A DNA stretch of 64,000 nucleotides from Sedimentisphaerales bacterium. GTDB lineage: Bacteria; Planctomycetota; Phycisphaerae; Sedimentisphaerales; SM23-30. A program made the position numbers and the translations under genes. Of the stretch, positions 8,050 to 18,477 are shown piece by piece. A model generated the notes under the pieces. That model made no database searches, had not been told where the DNA came from, and saw only the letters and a program-made list of their open reading frames with translations. The stretch is from assembly GCA_963666285.1 (NCBI GenBank), contig OY762711.1; one strand, written 5' to 3'. Each line of letters begins with the position of its first letter. Position 1 is the stretch's first letter.

Positions 8050-10065
8050 ATGAAACAGTTATTTTTAGTTTTATTATGTGCTTTGGCTTCTCTGGTAAAT
8101 GCCGAGCTTATCGACAATTTTGATAGCTATTCTGCTGGCTCGGAGTTAAATGTTGCCTCTGAAGGTGCCTGGCTCAATAAGGGAGCTTCTTCTGATCAGA
8201 CTGTTCAGGATGATGGTACCGGCAATCTCTTTTACCGTGCCCATAGCAGCAGCGGCAGTTATACTCGCGGTGCAACTATAGATCTTGGTCAAAGTTACAT
8301 TCCAGATGGCACCTCAGCTGTCCTTAGTTTTAGGGTTATGGTTTTGCCAGGTGTCACCTTAGAAGATGTATCCTTTGGATTAACTGACTTGCCTGCCAGT
8401 GAGTCCTTTGATGATGATTGGGGTTCTTTCGGTCCGTATATTGCCTTCAAACAAGGTAATGTAAATGTCCGCATGGCAGATGGTACATTCGTTAGTACAT
8501 ACAATACTACACCGGGCATTTGGTACAATATTCGAATGGTTGTTGATAATGATCTGGATACTTACAGCGTCTTTCTGGATGGTTCAGAGCTAATTGCAGA
8601 TGCACCTTTCCGTAAAAATCCATCTGGTGATATTCTTTCTTTCAAAGTTTTATCTAATAGTAACACAAATACACAATATATTGGTGTCGATGATGTTACT
8701 ATCGGCGGTTATACAGCACATACTCCAACCCCAACAAATCTGCTGCCAGCTGTAGAGCTTGATACCCAGTTAAGCTGGATGGCCCCAGAAGTTCTGAATG
8801 CTACTGGCTACGATGTATATTTTGGCTCCGAACCAAATACCCTTAGCCCCAATTATGATATGGAAAAGATCATCGATAACCAGCTGGTTTTAACTGCTGA
8901 TCCTACTCTTCATTCTGCATTGTTAAGCCTGGATTACAGTACTACATATTACTGGCAGGTTGACGTATATGGTGCTGATACCGAAACTCCAGAATATCTC
9001 GGCGACCTATGGTCATTCACTACTGTCCGTGATGATACTGCTCCATCTGTTATCGATGTCAATAACTACCTTACCTGGATCGACAACCTGCCGCAAACAG
9101 TTAGCTTTGTCGTAGATGACAGAGAAGAGGGCGATGTTGTAGATCTATCCTGGACTATCCTGTCTGGCCCTGGCTATGCTGCCCCGGATGATATGCAGAT
9201 GATAGATCGTGCTGACTATATTACAAATATCCAGGGCGATCCAAATCTTCTCAGAGACTGGATCGGAACCGATTCTCGTGACGCTGATGAAGCTAATTCT
9301 GATGTCCTCACTCTTACCCTCAGCGGTCTGCCTTCTGGTACTTACAATTGGTTGTCATATCATTATGATGCCAATAACCAGGGCACATTCTTTGATGTAG
9401 TTGTTACCGACGCTTCTGGCACAGTAACTACTACCGGCGTTGCCCAGTCCAGCGGCCTTGCCGATCCAAACACATTTACAACTGATATCGTTTCTGATGG
9501 CTCTGATGTAACTCTTGCCTTTATCGGTAGTGATGAAGAGTTTGGCATGTTCGCTATGAACGGTTTCATACTGACAGGTGATGGCGATCCTCTTATGATC
9601 GACTTCAGCCAGAACAGGATCGAGCCGGAACTGCCTTATATCATGAACGGCTACCAGGGCTACCTCGCCGACCATGAAGTCGTCGAAACATTCACTACCC
9701 AGTCTTATTCAGCTTTCGGCACTACAGTATCAATTACTCCATCCTGGGACGCCCCTGGTGCCGTATTAGCATCTACCGGCGGCACATTGTTAGCTCCAAC
9801 TGCTACTCTTTCCGCTACTGACGCTCCTAAAGTAACTGGTATCTATACTATCCAGGCAACTGCCACCGATGGCATTGGCCAGCAAGGTTCAGCTACCTTA
9901 CAGGTCAGAGTTGGTGACGACGCTTGTGCGGCTGCCAAGATCAACGGCGGTACTGTTAACTACTTCGATATTGACAGCAACTGTGTCGTCAATCTTCTGG
10001 ATTTCGCTGCTTTCGCCGGCCAATGGCTCGAAGATATACAGCTAACAGAAACTGTTCTATACTAA
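8050..10065 (+). CDS. Secreted beta-rich protein (lectin-like and FN3-like domains, C-terminal dockerin-like motif)
   Basis: Signal peptide, GGAGG RBS, YDVYFG...TTYYWQVD FN3-like module, tail DIDSNCVVNLLDFAAFAGQWL. Confidence 0.8.
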   Translation: MKQLFLVLLCALASLVNAELIDNFDSYSAGSELNVASEGAWLNKGASSDQTVQDDGTGNLFYRAHSSSGSYTRGATIDLGQSYIPDGTSAVLSFRVMVLPGVTLEDVSFGLTDLPASESFDDDWGSFGPYIAFKQGNVNVRMADGTFVSTYNTTPGIWYNIRMVVDNDLDTYSVFLDGSELIADAPFRKNPSGDILSFKVLSNSNTNTQYIGVDDVTIGGYTAHTPTPTNLLPAVELDTQLSWMAPEVLNATGYDVYFGSEPNTLSPNYDMEKIIDNQLVLTADPTLHSALLSLDYSTTYYWQVDVYGADTETPEYLGDLWSFTTVRDDTAPSVIDVNNYLTWIDNLPQTVSFVVDDREEGDVVDLSWTILSGPGYAAPDDMQMIDRADYITNIQGDPNLLRDWIGTDSRDADEANSDVLTLTLSGLPSGTYNWLSYHYDANNQGTFFDVVVTDASGTVTTTGVAQSSGLADPNTFTTDIVSDGSDVTLAFIGSDEEFGMFAMNGFILTGDGDPLMIDFSQNRIEPELPYIMNGYQGYLADHEVVETFTTQSYSAFGTTVSITPSWDAPGAVLASTGGTLLAPTATLSATDAPKVTGIYTIQATATDGIGQQGSATLQVRVGDDACAAAKINGGTVNYFDIDSNCVVNLLDFAAFAGQWLEDIQLTETVLY

Positions 10066-10091
10066 AAAATTATAGATTACTAATGTTGAAC

Positions 10092-10133
10092 ATACCCTGG
10101 CGGTTAGTCTATTTTCCGTCAGGGTATTTTTTT
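10092..10133 (+). terminator. Rho-independent terminator
   Basis: ATACCCTGGCGG...CCGTCAGGGTAT followed by a T-run, just after the stop at 10065. Confidence 0.8.
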
Positions 10134-10199
10134 CACTTCTTTGGTAACAGGCATTTGTTATCATTTTATCGTGAAATTTCGTGAATCAGTGGTTCACTT

Positions 10200-11120
10200 T
10201 TAAGGCGTAGCCGATTTATAATTAGTCGCGCAGCGACACCTCTTACCTCTTCCCTTTTACCTCTTCCCCCTTCCCTCTCTCTTCTCACTTCTCACTCTTA
10301 CCATTCTTCAGGTGCCGCAATTTTGGCATGAACTTATCTTATGCGACAGCTTTAAAATTAGTTGTGAGCCGTTAGGCGAACACCTCAATTCTTCACTCTT
10401 AGTTCTTCGTTCTTCACTCAATTATCTGGTCCGCCCACAATCCAAAAATAACAACTTACGCCAAATTCCGCAAAATCCCCTGCCCGCCGCACAATTCCCC
10501 AAACCCGCCTCGCACTCATTCTTATATCCCCGCACCCTTCAATTCCATTCCGTTTTTTAACCCATCCTTCACCCAACTAATCTCACTTATAAATCAATTA
10601 GCCTCGCCGCTAGGCGATACCTTCACATCATTGGACTTGGCCAATGATGTGCCCCAGTGCGAAGCACGTATTTATCTTCCTCCTGTTCCACTGTCATCTG
10701 TTCTAATCTCTAACGACCTTCGGTCGTTCGCGTAGCACGTATTTCCTCTTCACTGGCCGCTCGTAGCTCGCTGCTATTTGCCTGTTCTACTATCATCTGT
10801 TCTAATTTTAAACAAACCGTGAGCCGCCAGGCGAACACCTTAATTTTTCACTTTTAATTATTCATTTTTCATTTAGCGTAGCTCGTCGCGTTCCCACGCC
10901 GCTCCCGTCCGTATACCGCCACACCCATTCAACGTTCCGCCGTATACTGTCCGCGGCCCGCAATTCGCCGCCGCTCAAATCCGTTTACCTTTTCACCGCC
11001 GTCCACCCGCCGCATTGCCCCGTATATATGCCGCACTCCCTCCGTCACCCATCAATTAGCCGCGAGCGATAGCGAGCAACCTTCCTTGGCACCTGAAACC
11101 AGATCTCTGGCACCTGATTT
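10200..11120. repeat. Cluster of short hairpin plus heptamer-run modules
   Basis: AATTAG + small GC hairpin + pyrimidine-rich ~7-mer runs near 10220, 10356, 10596 and 11054; duplicated CCTGTTC.ACT.TCATCTGTTCTAAT (10682, 10781); 10801-10876 is an inverted copy of 19641-19712. Confidence 0.7.
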
Positions 11121-11680
11121 TCTCGAAAAAATCACCGCGTTTTTACATCCACCAAATCGCGAAAATGTAAAATTTCCAACAATTATATCCCGCTTATCCC
11201 CAACGCCTTACAAACTTCCAAACCAACCATCCCACCTAAAAAATCAGCGCACTTTCGACATACCATCCAATAGTAGAGAGCTAATAAAAAATGAGAACCG
11301 ACAAAAATCAGCTCTCGATAAAACATAACAACGACGAAAACTTCGTCTTAAACATAAACAACGCTCAATAAAAACTTAATATCTGCAACTAATTCGGGCA
11401 ATTCGCCCGCCGTAATTGACATTTCTACCTTTTTGGCAAACCTAACCATACTTTTTTCACTTTCGGGGGCAATAACCACATGGTCGGCCCATACAATTGT
11501 TGCCTTACAGTGTAACCTGGCTCACATACCCTATGTACCAGACCAGTGAGTACATATCCGTTCTGGTTGGAAAATTGCTTTATTTTGCTAAGTTTTTTTC
11601 TTATACTCAGATATGGAAATATAAATTGTTTTTGCCGGGATTCTGGCAGTTCAGAAGAAACGCAACAGAAAGGTTACATA

Positions 11681-13576
11681 ATGGAAAAAATCGTCAAAAA
11701 ATATGCGTTAGCCCTTATTATTACAGTATTTACATTCACCTGCATTGCAAATGCAGAAGATGAAGCCAAATCTTCAGATATGAACCTGGTCGAAAAAGTC
11801 GTCGAAACGCTTTCAGACAGCGTCGATCAGAAACCGGAAGAAACTGTCGAGGAAGAAAAATATACCATCGCTGTTATCACAATGGCAGGCATATGTATTG
11901 ACCGCCCTGACGTTGAGATTATGTCACTGGCAGGCAGTAAAAGCTCTTTCGATATACTCACAATGGCAGAAAGATTCCGCAAAGCCAAAGACGACGAAAA
12001 AATCGATGCTGTTCTGCTTGATTTTAAAGGCCTGGGCATGAACCTCGGCCAGATCACCTACTTCCGCAAACTTATCAAGGAAATCCAGGACGCAGACAAG
12101 CCGGTTTACGCTTATTCCGAATACCTCAGCCAGAGCCAATATCTGCTGGCATCGGCATGTGACCAGGTAATTATTACTCATTCCGGCGAACTCGAGCTTT
12201 ACGGACTGGCAGGCGAAGCTCTTTACTTCAAAGGGGCTATGGATAAAATCGGGCTGGGTGCTGACATGATCAGCGTTGGCCGGTATAAATCTGCCGCAGA
12301 ACAGCTCACCCGCACCGGTCCGAGCAAAGCCGAAATGGAACAAACCGGCGAATTGATGGACTCTTTATTTAATATTATGTCAGGCATGATCAGCGAATCC
12401 AGAAACATGCCGGTTGAGAAAGTTACGGAACTGATAGACAGAGGACCATTCTCACCTAGGGAAGCAATCCAGGAAGATTTGATCGATAAGGTAATGTATC
12501 GAGACGAGTTCATTGCAGAACTTAGCGAAACCAACGGCAGAGTATCACTAAAACTTAACTACGGAGCAGCTCCGGTATATGCAAGTTACGGAGGCGGCGA
12601 TATTTTCTCTATTATGCAGGAAATATTAAAACCAGCCCCAACTTACGAAGAGAAAGGTGACTGTATCGCAGTTGTTTGTATCGATGGCGTTATCGCCTCC
12701 GGCGGCGGAGATTCTTACGATGGAACCGCAACCGGGTCGGAAACTATCCGTAATATTATGAAATACTGCCGTAATAATGAACATATCAAGGGAATTGTAG
12801 TTCGTATCGATTCCCCGGGCGGCAGTGCCATGGCCAGTGATATTATCTACCACTCTATCAAACGAACCGCAAAGGTTAAGCCGCTGGTTGTCAGTATGGG
12901 TTCAGTTGCCGCATCAGGCGGTTACTATACTGCATGCGGCAGCGAAACTATTTTTGCCGATGAATCTACTATTACTGGCTCTATCGGCGTAGTTGGCGGA
13001 AAAGTATATTACGGCGATCTGCTCGATAAAGTGGGGATAAGTCATCACAGCTGGCATCGAGGCCAGAACTCACGGATGCTAAGCTCACTAAAAGCTTTCA
13101 GCCCACTGGAGAAGCAGAAGATAACCAACCAGATGCTGGAAACATACAGTATATTCAAAGAAAGAATACTGGCAACCAGAGCCGGTAAAATTTCTTCTGA
13201 CCTGGAAAACCTGGCTCAAGGCAGGGTTTATACCGGTCAGCAGGCTCTTAAACTCGGGCTCATAGACAAAATCGGAAGCTTTGAAGATGCTATAAGCTAT
13301 ATCGCAAAAGAAATCAAAACCGAAGACTACGATCTTATCTGGCTGCCGAGACCGATGACTTTAATGGAAACACTGGATTCACTTCTAGCTGTCGCAGAAC
13401 CCGCCCAGAATGACCAGGCAAAGAGTAAAATACAAAACAACAAGATTATTGACCTGATCCAGAATAATCTGGGGCCATACGGTAAAGAAATTGCCAATAT
13501 CTACAAGATGATTAGCATAATGGACAGCGAGAAAGTATTGACTGTCATGCCTTACCAGCTTATATTGCAATATTAA
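11681..13576 (+). CDS. sppA: Signal peptide peptidase SppA (long form)
   Basis: Two S49 domains; RIDSPGGSA, SMGSVAASGGY, TGSIGV, YKSAAE; likely start ATG 11681. Confidence 0.93.
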   Translation: MEKIVKKYALALIITVFTFTCIANAEDEAKSSDMNLVEKVVETLSDSVDQKPEETVEEEKYTIAVITMAGICIDRPDVEIMSLAGSKSSFDILTMAERFRKAKDDEKIDAVLLDFKGLGMNLGQITYFRKLIKEIQDADKPVYAYSEYLSQSQYLLASACDQVIITHSGELELYGLAGEALYFKGAMDKIGLGADMISVGRYKSAAEQLTRTGPSKAEMEQTGELMDSLFNIMSGMISESRNMPVEKVTELIDRGPFSPREAIQEDLIDKVMYRDEFIAELSETNGRVSLKLNYGAAPVYASYGGGDIFSIMQEILKPAPTYEEKGDCIAVVCIDGVIASGGGDSYDGTATGSETIRNIMKYCRNNEHIKGIVVRIDSPGGSAMASDIIYHSIKRTAKVKPLVVSMGSVAASGGYYTACGSETIFADESTITGSIGVVGGKVYYGDLLDKVGISHHSWHRGQNSRMLSSLKAFSPLEKQKITNQMLETYSIFKERILATRAGKISSDLENLAQGRVYTGQQALKLGLIDKIGSFEDAISYIAKEIKTEDYDLIWLPRPMTLMETLDSLLAVAEPAQNDQAKSKIQNNKIIDLIQNNLGPYGKEIANIYKMISIMDSEKVLTVMPYQLILQY

Positions 13577-13650
13577 ACATAAGTGATAAGGATGCCTGTA
13601 ACGAAGCAATAACAATTATATTACAGCAATGAGCTAGACAAAGAATTTAT

Positions 13651-14028
13651 ATGCTAGAAAAGAGTATACACGCAATTGTCAACGAAGACGGCAGATTCCA
13701 CCTGCAGGCAGTACACTTCCTGCGTGAAGGACTGGACTATGCCATTAAAAAATATTACCCGGATTACAGCGGGACCGAGCCAACCCACGTAAGCGGCTAT
13801 CAGCTCTGTATCGGCCTGCGTGAACTTGCGATCAAACGCTGGGGATATATGGCCAGGTTCGTTTTGAACTACTGGAATATAATGACAACTCGTGATTTTG
13901 GCGAAATTGTCTATCTGCTTATCGCACATGAATATATGAGACAGAATGAAAGCGACACAATCGAAGATTTCGATGATGTTTATGATTTCACCGAAGCATT
14001 CGACGGCTCGTTTGATTATAAGAATTAG
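13651..14028 (+). CDS. Minf_1886-family protein (Verrucomicrobia/Planctomycetes-restricted)
   Basis: HVSGYQLC..LRELA...WG.MA..VL..W....T.DFGEIVY.LI......D.IEDFDDVYDF pattern. Confidence 0.8.
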   Translation: MLEKSIHAIVNEDGRFHLQAVHFLREGLDYAIKKYYPDYSGTEPTHVSGYQLCIGLRELAIKRWGYMARFVLNYWNIMTTRDFGEIVYLLIAHEYMRQNESDTIEDFDDVYDFTEAFDGSFDYKN

Positions 14029-14155
14029 TCTGTGATACTTTTTACAAAATGGGAATTTAAGTTCAGAAAGAGTTATATTGGCATTTACGAACCGTGAAAT
14101 CGGATTCGAGAATGCTGATAACCTCTCTTGCTATTAACTTCAAAATTGAAGATAT

Positions 14156-15229
14156 ATGTTTTTACCTTTACATGTTGATGTTCCTGAAGATCGCGCCCCT
14201 TGGGCCAACCGACTTATCTGCCTGGCAATAGTGGTCATTTATATATTAACATCAAAAGATTTCATGAGATGTGACTTTGACCGCTATGAAGAGTGGATGC
14301 TGCACGGTTGGAGATTGAAGGGATTCATTGGCCATATCTGGCTGCATGCAGATTTACTTCACCTGATAGGTAACTTGATTTTTCTATGGTTGTTCGGTAA
14401 TGCCGTATGTGCCAAAGTTGGTAATTTTAGATATCTGGTGTTTTATCTAACAGCCGGTTTTTTCTCGGGGCTTTTTAGCGCCATGCTGGTTGATATCCCA
14501 AGTCTGGGGGCCAGTGGAGCAATCAATGGTATAGTTGGCATGTACCTGGTATTTTTCCCGGCAAACGAAATTGAAGGATATTGGATGTACGGCGGCTACA
14601 TATTCGGCCATAGCGACGACGGAGACCGCTCAACAGTATCCGGTTATTTTATTATTCCGTTCTGGTTTGCACTTGACCTATTTGGCGTTTTTTTCAACCA
14701 TGGAAGCGGAATAGGGTATATCGCTCATGTTGCGGGATTTATAACTGGTTTTACAATTGCTATCCTTCTGCTTGTTACCAAAAATGTTAAAATGGAAAGT
14801 TGTGAAAGATCATTGCTGCACGTGATAAAGCACGGAAAAACTGATAGCGGTCAATTAGAGGTCAGCGAAGACCTGGAAAAAGTTCTTTTGAACCGTGGCG
14901 TTAGAGCTTCCAGCAAGGTAAAAGTAAAAGCAAGCAGCGATACTTCAGAACCGGCACAGATACATCAGCAGATAGTAAAAGGATACACAATTGAAGATGT
15001 ACCCGATACTCCATTTTATGCTATCGACCAGAACGATCCATCACGGGAATCGTGGGTATTTAATGTACCGGACCCAAAATTGACCAACGAAACACTGGTA
15101 CGTAACGGCTTGATCTACTTTAGCTGTGCCTGCGGAAAGCGGGTAAAGATGCCTATGAGCTATGCCGGTAAAAAAGGACGATGCCCGCATTGTAATAATG
15201 TAATACATATTCCTAAATTGAGTGTTTAG
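14156..15229 (+). CDS. Rhomboid intramembrane protease with C-terminal zinc ribbon
   Basis: HLIGN, GASGAING, AHVAGF; tail CACGK...RCPHC. Confidence 0.9.
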   Translation: MFLPLHVDVPEDRAPWANRLICLAIVVIYILTSKDFMRCDFDRYEEWMLHGWRLKGFIGHIWLHADLLHLIGNLIFLWLFGNAVCAKVGNFRYLVFYLTAGFFSGLFSAMLVDIPSLGASGAINGIVGMYLVFFPANEIEGYWMYGGYIFGHSDDGDRSTVSGYFIIPFWFALDLFGVFFNHGSGIGYIAHVAGFITGFTIAILLLVTKNVKMESCERSLLHVIKHGKTDSGQLEVSEDLEKVLLNRGVRASSKVKVKASSDTSEPAQIHQQIVKGYTIEDVPDTPFYAIDQNDPSRESWVFNVPDPKLTNETLVRNGLIYFSCACGKRVKMPMSYAGKKGRCPHCNNVIHIPKLSV

Positions 15230-15302
15230 GAATTACTTGCGGTGGCACTTATGAAATTTTACTTGGATTATAAGCAAATATATTTAATTTAGAAGGGATT
15301 AA

Positions 15303-16420
15303 ATGTTTTTTCTATTATTACCATATGAAGTTGATACCGCTCAAGACCGCGACCCTTATTTAAACCGGGTTTTGATTGTAATTACCACTACAATGTTTTT
15401 TTGACAATTGGCTATTTAAATTTCTCAGTAGAACAGGCGGTAAATAGCGGACAAAAGTGGATACCTGATAATACATTTCCAGAAAACTTTGTAGCATACG
15501 GCTTCAGACCTTTGGGCCTTATAGGTTCTGCTCTGCTTCATGGCAGTTTCTACCACTTGCTCTGCAATATGATATTCCTATGGCTGTTTGGGAATGCAAT
15601 TTGTTCAAAAATTGGTAATGTGCTGTATATTCCGGTTTATCTATTATTATCTTTTGCCTCATCATATATTGCTTTAACCTTTGATAGCAGGCCCGGAATT
15701 GGGGCCAGCGGAGCAATAAATGGTTTAGTTGGAATGTATCTGGTGTTTTTCCCATTAAATGATATTAGTTGCCTATATTTTGCATATGGTAGATTTAGAA
15801 TCTTTTTTGGCACTTTCTATCTGTCAAGTTTCTGGATGATTCTCTATTAGCTCGCATTTGATATTATCGGGGTATGGCTGACACCTAACAACGGAATCGG
15901 ATACATGGCCCATATTGGAGGTTTTGTTTCGGGTATAGGGCTTGGATTGTTACTGCTGACAACAAAAATAGTTAAGCCTGAAAAATCAGAAAAGTCTTTA
16001 CTTCAGATATTAGATTTTAGAGAAAAACAAGAACCGAAACTTGAAATTAGTAGTGAACTCGCAGAAATGGTAAAAAACAAAGGGGTATGCTTAAAGAAAT
16101 ATGCTGTGCTTGACAATCATAACAGCAAAGGTAAAGAAAAAGAAATTTCACTATATAAACGAAACACCACTTCTAAAGATGATGATATTGACACAAAACC
16201 AGAAACTTTATTCACAATATTTAATATGAAAAACAATCCTGATGATTCAATAAATAATAAAACATTATCAAGAATCAAAAATATCAGGCTGAAGGAAAAA
16301 AATATATATTTCAGCTGTGAATGTGGTAAAAAAATAAAAATGCCGGTAAAATTTGCCGGTAAAAAAGGACGATGCCCGCAGTGTAATAATGTGATACATA
16401 TCCCTAAATTGAGTGTTTAG
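15303..16420 (+). pseudogene. Disrupted rhomboid-zinc-ribbon paralogue
   Basis: ATG 15303 (MFFLLLPYEVDTAQDRDP) runs into TGA after a T7 tract at 15396-15402 (one T short); in-frame TAG at 15848-15850 where the paralogues have Trp; GASG, AHIGGF and CECGK...CPQC intact. Confidence 0.85.
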
Positions 16421-16582
16421 GTGGAGATAGAGATAAGGGGACGGAATAAGGTCGCCGTATTCTTATACTATGGGATTTTCAATAAAAAAGCTATTTTGTA
16501 ACTTTTCATGGTAAACAGTGTATAAATATATGTGATGTTAGACGGCCAATAATAAGTTCCAAATTAAAGAAGGGAAATAATT

Positions 16583-17602
16583 ATGTTTCTACCACTGCAT
16601 GTAGATGTGCCGGAGATAAGAAAACCTTGGGCAAACTGGATTTTTTGTGCAGCAATAGTAGTCATATTCTTCCTAACATGCAAAATTACCTACAATTTTG
16701 ATTTCTCGTTTATATTCGATCAAAAACGCTTTGGTCACCTTATGCTCCAAGAATGGAACGTCAAACAAATAATGGCAAGCATGTGGCTTCACGCAAGCCC
16801 CACACATCTAATCGGTAATCTACTGTTTCTTTGGCTGTTTGGCAATGCTGTCTGTACAAAAGTAGGAAATATCAAATATATTGTCATATATCTTGGCTGC
16901 GGGATAATTTCCGGCATGCTATGCTGTACAACATACAAATCACCATGCCTGGGGGCCAGCGCAGCAATTAACGGTATCATCGGTATGTATCTCGTATTTT
17001 ATCCAGTAAATGAAATAGAAGGCTATTGGCTGCTGGGATACTGGTACCATAGAAACGCCAGTACAAATACAGTTCCGGGATACTTTATCGTACCATTATG
17101 GTTCGCCTTTGACTTGTTTGGTGCAATCTTTTATCGTAATGCAGGCATTGGTTACCTGGCCCATATCGCAGGATTTCTAACTGGCTTATCAATCGCTCTA
17201 ATCTTGTTAGCGACCAGACTGGTAAAAATGGAACGCGATGAAATATCATTGCCCAAATTTTTGAGATATGGTGATTCAGGCAGCCCGCAAATAGAAGTCA
17301 ATGAAGATATAGAAAAATTATTATTAAACAGAGGCAGACGGTTACCAGGAAAATATGCAGTAACAAGTCAAAATACTCAAACTGTAAAATCTGAACAAAA
17401 AAGCCAAAAACATGTAAGAAAAGATCGCAACCCAGTAAGTCATAATGCTACTAAAAAAAATAAAAAAATTGTACAGGATGGACTTATACACTTAAAGTGC
17501 ATCTGCGGCAAACATGTAAAAATCTCAGTTGAAAACGAAGGAAAGAAATGCAGATGCCCACGGTGTAATATAACTATAAATGTACCTAGAATTTATCAAT
17601 AG
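16583..17602 (+). CDS. Rhomboid intramembrane protease with C-terminal zinc ribbon
   Basis: HLIGN, GASAAING, AHIAGF; tail CICGK...RCPRC. Confidence 0.9.
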   Translation: MFLPLHVDVPEIRKPWANWIFCAAIVVIFFLTCKITYNFDFSFIFDQKRFGHLMLQEWNVKQIMASMWLHASPTHLIGNLLFLWLFGNAVCTKVGNIKYIVIYLGCGIISGMLCCTTYKSPCLGASAAINGIIGMYLVFYPVNEIEGYWLLGYWYHRNASTNTVPGYFIVPLWFAFDLFGAIFYRNAGIGYLAHIAGFLTGLSIALILLATRLVKMERDEISLPKFLRYGDSGSPQIEVNEDIEKLLLNRGRRLPGKYAVTSQNTQTVKSEQKSQKHVRKDRNPVSHNATKKNKKIVQDGLIHLKCICGKHVKISVENEGKKCRCPRCNITINVPRIYQ

Positions 17603-17642
17603 GTGTCATGTCCGATGCAATTTTCTTGTAACAATCTGCCAA

Positions 17643-18416
17643 TCAATACCTGACCCATCGAAGAGTGAGGCCGTTGGCCGGAGCGCGATTGCCGGAGGCA
17701 GCGCGTTCTTTGGCAGCAAGAATACCGGGAATACAATCAACCGGCTTTTTACCGCGACCGATATCTATCAGCAGCCCTACCATATTGCGGACCATATTGT
17801 GCAGAAAGCCTGTACCTTCGACATCGAAATAGATCATATGGTGCTTGCGCCAGACATCACAGCGAAGAACGGTGCGTACCGTATTTTTCTTATCACAGAT
17901 AGAATTTGCCAGAGATCGGAAATCATGCTCTCCAACGAGGTATTCGGAGGCCTGCTGCATAAGCTCGACATCACAATCAGCCGGCATATAATAAGCAAAA
18001 CGATCACAGCCGGGAGTTCTCAACCGCTGATTATAAACTGTATAGCGATATAATTTGCTACGGGCAGAACTATTGGAATCGAAATCGTCACTAACCTGCT
18101 CTGAAGAAAGCACACGGATAAACTGCCCATCCGGCAACTGGTTCAGTTCCGCATTTATCACTATCCCATGACGTTGCGGCGGGATAATGCTGTCAGTAAA
18201 ATAATTCACAACCTGGGCATCGGCATGGACACCGGCATCGGTACGACCGGAAGCCCGCAAATCGACATTATGCCTGACAATCTTTTCGACAATCCCTTCC
18301 AGAACACCCTGGATAGTAGGTAAATCCGGGCGATTGGCCTGAGTCTGCCAGCCATGATAATCAGTGCCATCATAGCTAACGACAAGTTTAATATTTTTTG
18401 ATTCGGTTTCTGTCAC
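17643..18416 (-). CDS. truA: tRNA pseudouridine(38-40) synthase
   Basis: SYDGTDYHGWQ, ASGRTDAGVHA, FLHNMVRNMVG, APANGL. Confidence 0.97.
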   Translation of the reverse strand: MTETESKNIKLVVSYDGTDYHGWQTQANRPDLPTIQGVLEGIVEKIVRHNVDLRASGRTDAGVHADAQVVNYFTDSIIPPQRHGIVINAELNQLPDGQFIRVLSSEQVSDDFDSNSSARSKLYRYTVYNQRLRTPGCDRFAYYMPADCDVELMQQASEYLVGEHDFRSLANSICDKKNTVRTVLRCDVWRKHHMIYFDVEGTGFLHNMVRNMVGLLIDIGRGKKPVDCIPGILAAKERAASGNRAPANGLTLRWVRY

Positions 18417-18432
18417 ACTAATATTATAAATT

Positions 18433-18462
18433 AAAAAAGCCGGGCTAACAATACCCGGCTTA
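18433..18462 (-). terminator. Terminator of the NYN gene, overlapping a truA promoter candidate
   Basis: AAGCCGGG...CCCGGCTT plus T-run on the minus strand; TTGTTA-N17-TATAAT at 18451-18423. Confidence 0.65.
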
Positions 18463-18477
18463 TATCAATATTTTCTT

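Noticed and set aside
10200..11120. Possible CRISPR array
   Set aside because: No constant-length identical repeats with regular unique spacers, and no cas genes.
10312..11763. Short ORFs at 10312, 11086 and 11497 and the 45-codon upstream extension of sppA
   Set aside because: Non-ATG starts, no RBS, low-complexity repeat-derived sequence.
15848..15850. TAG as pyrrolysine or programmed read-through
   Set aside because: It aligns with a Trp in the paralogues (single TGG-to-TAG change) and the gene also has a frameshift.
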